In this document: positions 1 to 6,634 of the stretch, in pieces | Layout: every line of letters starts with the position of its first letter | How positions within the stretch are numbered: position 1 is the first letter of the stretch | From: an uncultured bacterium | GTDB taxonomy: Bacteria > Auribacterota > Auribacteria > Auribacterales > Auribacteraceae | DNA: 13,239 nt | Direction of reading: 5' to 3' | Assembly: GCA_964522245.1 (NCBI GenBank) | Contig: CAZFUR010000014.1 | Location: 1-13,239 of the forward strand | Position numbers and translations under genes: made by a program | Notes under the pieces: model-generated | Seen by the model: the letters and a program-made list of their open reading frames with translations, nothing else | Database searches by the model: none | Told to the model about the DNA's origin: nothing

Positions 1-45
1 TGCTACAATCGCTCCTGCGAAAAGTGTTAGATAATTTTTTTTCAT
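1..45 (-). CDS. 5' end of a truncated gene running off the window edge; encodes a signal-peptide-like N-terminus (MKKNYLTLFAGAIVA...)
   Basis: Reverse complement of 1..45 reads ATG AAA AAA AAT TAT CTA ACA CTT TTC GCA GGA GCG ATT GTA GCA. A GGGG(A) Shine-Dalgarno-like element sits ~8 nt upstream, 10 nt after the stop of the SPFH gene. Only 15 codons are visible, so this is weak. Confidence 0.35.
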   Translation of the reverse strand, partial: MKKNYLTLFAGAIVA

Positions 46-55
46 ATCGGTTCCC

Positions 56-1918
56 CTATTTTCTGGACATTTCCAGATCTAAAAGATCAGGTTGTTTATT
101 TTTCAAGTCTAAAATATCGACTTCGTCACTTTTTATTTCAGATGAAACTATAATTTTTCTCACATTGCTTAGAGTTTCTCGAACCGTTTTAAGGTACGCT
201 CTCCAACGGTATATCGACGGAGATTCGTGGTATGCTTTACTTTGCAGTTCGAATTGTTCTGTTTGCGCTTTGGTCAGCAGTTTGCGCTTTACGGCATATG
301 TTTCCGATTCCAGCACAAGGGTTTTTGATTTAGCAATCGCTCGGGGAATTATTTTGTTCCGATAAGTTTGTGCAACCAAGATTTTCGTATGTTTCTCTTC
401 TATGCTGGATACCACCGATTCAAAAGCGTCGCTTACTTCGGCAGGCGGATGTAAACCGTAGATCCCGACAAAAAGAATGTCGACTCCTGCATGGTTTTCA
501 TCCAGTTGAGTTTGAATATTTTCTCGTAACATATTGCCTATATCTATCCGCTCGTCACCCATTAATTTGAAGAAATCGGTTGATGATGAGTACCGTACTA
601 TTTCTCTCCAGCTGATATTATGAATCAGTTTGCCGACATCTTGATGGTTATATAGGTATTCGTAAGGATCGTTTACGGTATACTGAATATCTGCCGATAT
701 GAGTAGTAAGTTTACAGGCATTCCGAAAAGAGAATCTTCTTTGTTGCCGGATGTTTCTTTTTCGCCCGGAACAAGGATCATTTTTCTGCTTTTATGATGG
801 GCAACACTCCAAACCAATGCTTCGTGGGAATGGTTTTCCTTGTGAGGATTGATATACACCGAACGGACTCTTTTTATCTGAACAACCTTGATTTTTTCAA
901 TAGGCCAAGGCATTTTAAAGTGGATACCCGGTTTCAAGAGACCTGCTTTTTTAGACGGTACACCAAAATGTTCCAGTACCGCGACTTCATCCGGAGAGAC
1001 GACCACGATACAACTGAGAAGATAGAGCGTTACAATCTGAAACAAAATAACAGGCGCTATAATTTTCTCCAAAAACTGATAAAACCACGTTTCCGATATC
1101 TTAAATCCGAATTGATAATCAAGGGAATGGGCGGTCGCTTTGAGTATACCTTGTGGTTCAGCCAACAGACCTAGCAGAAAACTTTGGTATGGCGGTTTGT
1201 TGATTTGACCGTGGATTCTTGGGCGGTAAAAATCGAATACGATACGGAGAATCATATCCAGTCCGATAACCACAAACAGGCAGGATATAAGGTAATGTAT
1301 TGTTGTTGTCGCCCAAGTGTAACCCATCGGATACAACAAAAGAGACAACGCAAACAGAAACGATAACAACGCAGTGCTCAACAGATACCCCGTTGCGCCT
1401 TTTAGAAGAAACCCTGTTTTTTTGTCCGCACACATTCCCGATACGAATTTACCCGATACAAACGCCATAAACGAGAATATGAACAACACAACAACCGTCA
1501 TATTCAGTTTCTCGGAAATAATATTGTAACCGTATCGGTAAATATTTATAAAGGCGCTGTATCCTATTATTACTAGAAGAGAAGCGAAAATTGCCGTTGA
1601 TATCGGAAACAACCATTTTTCCATCTGGGAGAGTTTGTTTTTGGCGGATAACATATCGTTGTTATCGTTATCGAACAAGGTGTTTTCCGTATCGCCGTCG
1701 GATGATTCTTGTATTTCTTCTTCAACCAGTCGTAATTGGCGCAGATGCAATAAAGTCAATAACCATATAAACAACCCCAGCATAGAGTAAACAGCCAGTA
1801 CATTAATCCCCGTGACCGTGCTCCACATTCCGGTAAAGAACAGGCAGACCCCTACGAGCGTTTGCACAAATATCCCCATGACGGAAATTGTTTCTTGTTT
1901 TTTTGAATTGATAGGCAT
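56..1918 (-). CDS. SPFH/band-7 (HflK/HflC-like) protein fused to an N-terminal polytopic (~7-8 TM) membrane domain
   Basis: 620-aa ORF. The C-terminal half carries canonical SPFH motifs (VVSPDEVAVLEHFG, LKPGIHFKMPWPIEKIKVV, PVNLLLISADIQYTVNDPYEYLYN) followed by a coiled-coil-like tail. The N-terminal ~290 aa contain several hydrophobic helices. An AAGAGG Shine-Dalgarno element lies 8 nt upstream of the ATG at 1916-1918. The start codon directly abuts the stop (TAG, 1919-1921) of the upstream gene. Confidence 0.8.
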   Translation of the reverse strand: MPINSKKQETISVMGIFVQTLVGVCLFFTGMWSTVTGINVLAVYSMLGLFIWLLTLLHLRQLRLVEEEIQESSDGDTENTLFDNDNNDMLSAKNKLSQMEKWLFPISTAIFASLLVIIGYSAFINIYRYGYNIISEKLNMTVVVLFIFSFMAFVSGKFVSGMCADKKTGFLLKGATGYLLSTALLSFLFALSLLLYPMGYTWATTTIHYLISCLFVVIGLDMILRIVFDFYRPRIHGQINKPPYQSFLLGLLAEPQGILKATAHSLDYQFGFKISETWFYQFLEKIIAPVILFQIVTLYLLSCIVVVSPDEVAVLEHFGVPSKKAGLLKPGIHFKMPWPIEKIKVVQIKRVRSVYINPHKENHSHEALVWSVAHHKSRKMILVPGEKETSGNKEDSLFGMPVNLLLISADIQYTVNDPYEYLYNHQDVGKLIHNISWREIVRYSSSTDFFKLMGDERIDIGNMLRENIQTQLDENHAGVDILFVGIYGLHPPAEVSDAFESVVSSIEEKHTKILVAQTYRNKIIPRAIAKSKTLVLESETYAVKRKLLTKAQTEQFELQSKAYHESPSIYRWRAYLKTVRETLSNVRKIIVSSEIKSDEVDILDLKNKQPDLLDLEMSRK

Positions 1919-2956
1919 CTAAGAAACCTCTTTTTCGCTAAAACTCAACCAGCTTAATGTTAAAATAAAGCATACCGATACGCAACTATATACAGACGTG
2001 ATAACTAAATATTTTAAAGGGATCGTATTGTGTCCCAAAAATGCGTCCGCTACCCAAAAGAACTGTAAATTCGGAATTGTCCAATATATTATTCTCGATA
2101 TAAAATTGTCGTTTGCGAACCTGCCGAAAAAGTAATCGCAGGTCATTGTGATGAAGAAAACCGATACACAAAACAGCAGATTCGCCAGCATATTAAACCG
2201 AATCGTTCCCAATAGCGCAATGGCAGTTAATATAGACATAGCCATGAAGATGAGCAATCCCGCTTTCAGTAATCCTATTTCCATTCCGGCTCCAAAAGGT
2301 TGTAGATGAAAATGTGAATCGAGAACAGAGATAATCAAAAATGCCGGAATAAATAAGGTGATCATACTTTTTACCAAAGACGATGTGAACGGTTTCTCAA
2401 AAAAATAGTTCAGCACCACCGCCCAAACAAAACTAAATAACCCTATGGCATTGAATGTATATTTGACAGGTTTATCCAAAATAACCCTTACCGTATCCGG
2501 CACACCCATCCGCATAGTGAAAATAAGTACAATAGTCAGTTGAAGCACCACCAGAAAAATACCGCTTAGTAATCCAAAATATTTACCGAGCATAAACTCT
2601 AACCTGCGCACAGGTTTAGATAGCACCGTAACGGTGGTTTTATTTTCTATTTCAAGGAATATCAAACCTGAAGACAAAAACGCCGCAGTCAATATAGCAG
2701 ATAGAAGAATAGTTGCCAACCCCATGTCCCGCACAAGTTTATCACTGTTTAGCAGAGTGAACATAGAAAGCCACGGGCTGATATAGATCATCAAACTTCC
2801 CGATAACAATATGATCGTATACACCGGTTGACGAATCATTTCTTTAAAAGTCAGTTGCGAAATAGTAAATAGTTTCTGCATAAATATTTTTTCTAATCTG
2901 CTTGGTTCTAGCCTGCTAGGGAGATATAAAGATCGGATTACCCAACCCCTGAACAA
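1919..2956 (-). CDS. polytopic integral membrane protein, possibly an ABC-2-type permease-like subunit; start uncertain (ATG at 2956 or internal ATG at 2881)
   Basis: 345-aa ORF with 6+ predicted TM helices throughout. The N-terminal segment MQKLFTISQLTFKEMIRQPVYTIILL resembles the amphipathic N-terminus of ABC-2 family permeases. No ATPase gene is adjacent. Translationally coupled to the downstream SPFH gene. Confidence 0.55.
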   Translation of the reverse strand: MFRGWVIRSLYLPSRLEPSRLEKIFMQKLFTISQLTFKEMIRQPVYTIILLSGSLMIYISPWLSMFTLLNSDKLVRDMGLATILLSAILTAAFLSSGLIFLEIENKTTVTVLSKPVRRLEFMLGKYFGLLSGIFLVVLQLTIVLIFTMRMGVPDTVRVILDKPVKYTFNAIGLFSFVWAVVLNYFFEKPFTSSLVKSMITLFIPAFLIISVLDSHFHLQPFGAGMEIGLLKAGLLIFMAMSILTAIALLGTIRFNMLANLLFCVSVFFITMTCDYFFGRFANDNFISRIIYWTIPNLQFFWVADAFLGHNTIPLKYLVITSVYSCVSVCFILTLSWLSFSEKEVS

Positions 2957-3007
2957 TCCTCTTTACAAAATAATACGGTATAATACAAAAAATCTTTAGT
3001 TTATGTA

Positions 3008-3403
3008 CTACTGTAAATAAATATCTACCTGTCTGTTTCTTGGACCGTCATATTCGGCAAAAAAAATGCCTTGCCATCTGCCGAGTGCCAACCTGCCGTT
3101 GTCTACGGCAACCGTTACGGATGAGCCTGTTATCAGTGTTTTCAAGTGAGCGGGAGAATTCTCTTCTATATGTCTGTATGGCAGGTTGTCGGGTACAATT
3201 TTCCGTAAAGTCGATAAAATATCGGTTTTTACATCAGGGTCGGCGTTCTCATTGATCGTAATTCCCGCTGTGGTATGAGGCAGATAAACCACACAAAACC
3301 CGTTGTTAAAGCCTTGTGATGCGATTTTTTGTTGCACTCGGTTTGTGATATCTATGAGCTCTTCTTTTGCGTCGGTCCTGAGAGACAGAGAGAGTTTAAT
3401 CAT
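3008..3403 (-). CDS. yjbQ: YjbQ/UPF0047 family protein (secondary thiamine-phosphate synthase-like)
   Basis: 131-aa ORF with the characteristic family motifs: CVVYLPHTTAGITINENADPDV near the N-terminus, and HLK...GSSVTVAV...GRLALGRWQGIFFAEYDGPR.R.V toward the C-terminus. An AGGT Shine-Dalgarno-like element lies upstream. 11-nt gap to the upstream gene. Confidence 0.85.
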   Translation of the reverse strand: MIKLSLSLRTDAKEELIDITNRVQQKIASQGFNNGFCVVYLPHTTAGITINENADPDVKTDILSTLRKIVPDNLPYRHIEENSPAHLKTLITGSSVTVAVDNGRLALGRWQGIFFAEYDGPRNRQVDIYLQ

Positions 3404-3414
3404 AATAGTACCTG

Positions 3415-3600
3415 CTACGCTAATAGGTTACCGCCGATAGCCCAGTTTTCGTGTTCCATTTCTTCGATCACAATATACGTATAACTTTTAGGTTTGCCCG
3501 TGACTTCTTCTAGCGTGTTTGTGAACTGCTCCGTGATCTGTTTTTTTTGGTCTTTAGATAAACTTCCGGCGATTTTTAAATTTACATACGGCATACTCAT
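3415..3600 (-). CDS. 4-oxalocrotonate tautomerase family protein (small tautomerase)
   Basis: 61-aa ORF starting M-S-M-P-Y-V-N-L-K-I. The catalytic Pro directly following the initiator Met (Pro-1 after Met removal, here with one extra residue) and the ~60-aa length are typical of the 4-OT/tautomerase superfamily. A strong AAGGAG Shine-Dalgarno element is upstream. 6-nt gap after the upstream gene's stop. Confidence 0.75.
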   Translation of the reverse strand: MSMPYVNLKIAGSLSKDQKKQITEQFTNTLEEVTGKPKSYTYIVIEEMEHENWAIGGNLLA

Positions 3601-3606
3601 AACTCC

Positions 3607-5295
3607 TTAATAAGCTGGAATTAGTAGTTGATGTTTCAATCGCTTATTTGATTTAAAGCGGTATTCCTTATGAGAATCGTGCAAAATTGTTTCTGTGTCA
3701 ACAGTTATTTTTATTTCGTCATCGGGTCTATCGGCTTTGATACGGTTTGCCAACAAAATAGCTTTCTCTATACCGTCGCCCATATTATAATTTATGACTT
3801 CGTCAGGTTGAGCGAGACGATTATCCGGGTATATAGATCGGTTGTCGATGGAATTTAGCCAATCGTAGACCTCGTTAGATGATAATCCTTTTGTTCGCTC
3901 TATACAGACGGGGTTGCGCTCAAGTGCGGCTTTCATGAAAGGTGCCCATTCGGCTCGGTTCATATCTCTGTATACGTAAAAAGAGAGGTCTGCGGTTTGG
4001 TTCTTCCGACGGATTTTTTCTAGGTGCTCTATAATCTCGTCTCTTGATTGAGCGGGATCGATTTTTATCGGTTCTGTCGGCACAATGTTCTTGTTAAGTT
4101 TTGGTAGTTGGGGTGTTGTGTGTACAAAAGAGTAAAACTCGCCTACGAATTTTGCGGAGTCTTCAATATATGGAGCCAGAAATTTTATAAATTCTTCACG
4201 ATCAGGTTTTTTGCGGATATCTTTATCTTTCATAAAAATTTCCAGGTCGTCACATCGAATTCTGTCGGAGAAAGGGTATATGTGGTAATCTTCGCTGTGT
4301 ACCTCGTCTAGGAGTTTATCGAATGAGGTATCGGCGATTCTATATTTGGAGTTGTGTTCGTAGTGAAAGAGTACTTCTGCTTTTATGAAACGTGCCTTTC
4401 CTCGGCAGTCACGACATATCTGAAATGACGGTTGATACTCGGATTTGTATCTGAGAAAACTTACAAGTGCGGGGATTGTCGTGTCGCAAGAGAGGTAAGG
4501 TAACAGTTTACGGGTAAGTTTTTTGAAATCGTCGGGATTTATAGTAGCGTCTTTGTAAATCTGATGAATATAGCCTGAAATATGCGATATTATCGTTACC
4601 TGTTCATTTTTTAAAGCTCGGCGGGCTTTCATAGATAGTTCCGATCCGTTAAACCACATGTTTTTTGTCAAAATCCGCCTGTTATTTGTGAGAATACCGT
4701 TTTGTATATTTACAAAATTTTGTGAATGCAGTGGAGTCAGTATCATAAAGATATCCTCAAGGGCGATTCCACAGACGATAAACATCGCGGCGGCATAAAG
4801 CGCCGATAATGAGACACATTCCCCTGCGCCGACATTATAATTCGGTTTGTGGCAAAATGCGACCATCGCCTCAACGGTTTCGGTTTTCCAGTATGGGATT
4901 ATATCGGAATCGTATTTATCCAGCCCGAAATGTTTTCTGATATCTCTGGAAAAATAATATTTATCGCCCTGATACCCAAAAAGGGCGTTGCTTTTTGAGA
5001 TTGTTTCTTTATCGATATACTTATCGAACCGTTGCAGTTCTACTTTTCTATCGGTAAGTCCCCATGTCTCCAGATCAAGATTAAACTCAAATTTATCCAT
5101 GATAAACTGTTTAAGCCTCAATAATTTTCTGTAAGGGGTTTTCCCTTCGAGTTTCTTAAAACAATCTTCTTCTCTCCATTCCCATATGACAGGTGACATG
5201 ATATTAGCCAGAACCAAACTCATCATCAGTTCAGGGAATACAAAAATTTCCATATCCGACAAAGTTATGGCGCACGAGTATTTTTCGATATCCAT
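3607..5295 (-). CDS. hypothetical ~560-aa soluble protein of unknown function; possible divergent Cys/His (transglutaminase/papain-like) core; first gene of the minus-strand operon
   Basis: Long uninterrupted ORF (the track gives 3607..5310). An AAAGGA Shine-Dalgarno element 7 nt upstream favours the internal ATG at 5295 (MDIEKYSC...). It contains GAGECVSLSALYAAAMF, followed ~20 aa later by HSQNFVN, which faintly resembles transglutaminase-core Cys and His motifs. No TM segments. I recognise no firm family. Confidence 0.7.
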   Translation of the reverse strand: MDIEKYSCAITLSDMEIFVFPELMMSLVLANIMSPVIWEWREEDCFKKLEGKTPYRKLLRLKQFIMDKFEFNLDLETWGLTDRKVELQRFDKYIDKETISKSNALFGYQGDKYYFSRDIRKHFGLDKYDSDIIPYWKTETVEAMVAFCHKPNYNVGAGECVSLSALYAAAMFIVCGIALEDIFMILTPLHSQNFVNIQNGILTNNRRILTKNMWFNGSELSMKARRALKNEQVTIISHISGYIHQIYKDATINPDDFKKLTRKLLPYLSCDTTIPALVSFLRYKSEYQPSFQICRDCRGKARFIKAEVLFHYEHNSKYRIADTSFDKLLDEVHSEDYHIYPFSDRIRCDDLEIFMKDKDIRKKPDREEFIKFLAPYIEDSAKFVGEFYSFVHTTPQLPKLNKNIVPTEPIKIDPAQSRDEIIEHLEKIRRKNQTADLSFYVYRDMNRAEWAPFMKAALERNPVCIERTKGLSSNEVYDWLNSIDNRSIYPDNRLAQPDEVINYNMGDGIEKAILLANRIKADRPDDEIKITVDTETILHDSHKEYRFKSNKRLKHQLLIPAY

Positions 5296-5310
5296 ACAAA
5301 ATCCTTTCAT

Positions 5311-5570
5311 TAAGATTAGGTATTATAAATTATCCGACGACATTTTTGTCAATAAAAAGATATTTTTTGTAACCTTGAGTATTTTATAGCCTGTTTTATC
5401 TTGCCTCGTTTAATCGGGCAACGATGGAGAATAAAACCGCATTTTTTGTCTTATATTTTCCGAATAACAGAAAAACTTTTTTATTAAATATAAGTTTTTA
5501 GAATATATTTTGCTTCGGTTAAAAAAATACTCTTTACTTGGAGAGTAGTTTCTGGTTTGATATCTTATCT
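5311..5570. promoter_or_regulatory. AT-rich divergent intergenic region between the minus-strand operon and the plus-strand MerR/secretin operon; presumably carries promoters for both
   Basis: 260 bp of non-coding, AT-rich sequence between two divergently transcribed gene sets. Contains the imperfect palindrome at 5401-5421 and TATAAT-like hexamers such as tattataaat at ~5321-5330. Confidence 0.35.
5401..5421. promoter_or_regulatory. imperfect inverted repeat TTGCCTCG-TTTAAT-CGGGCAA; candidate operator
   Basis: Read directly: the left arm TTGCCTCG and the right arm CGGGCAA are reverse complements except for one unpaired T, with a 6-nt spacer. It lies in the divergent promoter region next to a MerR-type regulator gene. 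Confidence 0.25.
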
Positions 5571-5810
5571 ATGGAGACTATATATCTTATAAAAGACATA
5601 TCGCAAGCCACGGGGTTATCGGTTTACACGATCAAGTATTATCTTAAGATCGGTTTAATCAGAGAGTTTGCCCGCAGTCCCGGCACAAATTTCCGCTATT
5701 TCAATAAAGATACGGTCGACCGACTAAAGCTGATAAGAAAATATCGCGAGCAAGGTAAATCTCTAAAAGAAATAAAATCGTTGGTGTTAGAAAATAGGGA
5801 GCTTGTATGA
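5571..5810 (+). CDS. MerR-family HTH transcriptional regulator (short, DNA-binding domain only)
   Basis: METIYLIKDISQATGLSVYTIKYYLKIGLI...RSPGTNFRYFNKDTVDRLKLIRKYREQGKSLKEIK matches the MerR winged-HTH signature (..TI.YYE..GL., ..R..G.YR.Y. and the wing). The ORF track starts at a TTG at 5538, but the ATG at 5571 gives a canonical MerR N-terminus. The stop overlaps the next start (ATGA at 5807-5810). Confidence 0.7.
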   Translation: METIYLIKDISQATGLSVYTIKYYLKIGLIREFARSPGTNFRYFNKDTVDRLKLIRKYREQGKSLKEIKSLVLENRELV

Positions 5811-6634
5811 GTTATTTCCACAGTCTTCAGTTAGAGAGAGAACCGTTTTCCACCAGTCCGGATCCGCGTTTTCTGTATAGGTCCGTATCGCATATATCGG
5901 CTTTGCAACGTATAGAGATAGCTATCAGGCTGAGGCGAGGGCTGATCGTTATTCTGGGTGATGTAGGAACAGGAAAGACAACTTTAAGCCGCACTTTGTT
6001 GCAAAATTTCCGAGGTGATGATAAGTATCTGTTCCACATGATATTAGATCCGCAATACAGATCGGAGTTCCAGTTTCTTTCGGCATTGACCCGTATGTTC
6101 AAAATCAAACCGAAATTTCGATCGACTTTAGATTACAAAGAAGCGATAGAGCAATACCTTTTTCAAAAAGGGGTTGAAGAGAATAAGACAATTGTTCTTC
6201 TTATTGATGAGGGTCAGAAATTGACGCCGTCTTTTCTGGAGATTCTGCGTATATTGCTGAATTATGAAACTAACGAGTACAAACTGTTGCAGTTGGTTAT
6301 TTTTTCTCAAACGGAGCTGTTGCCTAAAATTCGTAAAGTAAGAAATTTCATGGATAGAATCTGTTTGAAATATATCCTCAATCCGCTCGACCAGAAAGAG
6401 ACGGGTAGCATGATCCGTTTTAGATTAAAACAGGCAGGTATGGATAACTCACAAGACCTGTTTACTCTTGATGCGATAAAGAAAATTTATGAGTTTACCC
6501 AAGGTTACCCACGGCGTATAATACATTTATGTCATAATGCGTTGGAATATATGTTGATGTATGAGAAAAAGTCGATTGACGCTGATCTGATAGAACAAGT
6601 GATAAGAAGAGAGGATGGTCAGTATGCCGGATGA
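5807..6634 (+). CDS. ExeA/GspA/MshM-like AAA+ ATPase (secretin-assembly ATPase family), cytoplasmic domain only
   Basis: 275 aa. The N-terminal region FSTSPDPRFLYRSVSHISALQRIEIAI...GLIVILGDVGTGKTTLSRTL is diagnostic of the ExeA/MshM family. Walker A GDVGTGKTT at ~5957-5983; Walker B VLLIDEGQ. A GGGAG Shine-Dalgarno element is upstream. No TM or periplasmic domain. Confidence 0.85.
   Translation: MSYFHSLQLEREPFSTSPDPRFLYRSVSHISALQRIEIAIRLRRGLIVILGDVGTGKTTLSRTLLQNFRGDDKYLFHMILDPQYRSEFQFLSALTRMFKIKPKFRSTLDYKEAIEQYLFQKGVEENKTIVLLIDEGQKLTPSFLEILRILLNYETNEYKLLQLVIFSQTELLPKIRKVRNFMDRICLKYILNPLDQKETGSMIRFRLKQAGMDNSQDLFTLDAIKKIYEFTQGYPRRIIHLCHNALEYMLMYEKKSIDADLIEQVIRREDGQYAG

Noticed and set aside
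24-365. 113-aa plus-strand ORF at the window start
   Set aside because: It lies entirely antisense within the well-supported SPFH gene's 3' coiled-coil region and has no Shine-Dalgarno element or recognisable motifs. Spurious shadow ORF.
794-1433. Overlapping small ORFs of 126, 91 and 60 aa within the SPFH gene
   Set aside because: All lie inside or antisense to the long SPFH/membrane ORF and show no motifs or Shine-Dalgarno elements. Typical shadow ORFs in AT-rich DNA.
5186-5389. 67-aa plus-strand ORF spanning the start of the 560-aa gene and the promoter region
   Set aside because: It is low-complexity and AT-rich, overlaps the 5' end of a supported gene on the other strand, and has no Shine-Dalgarno element or motifs.
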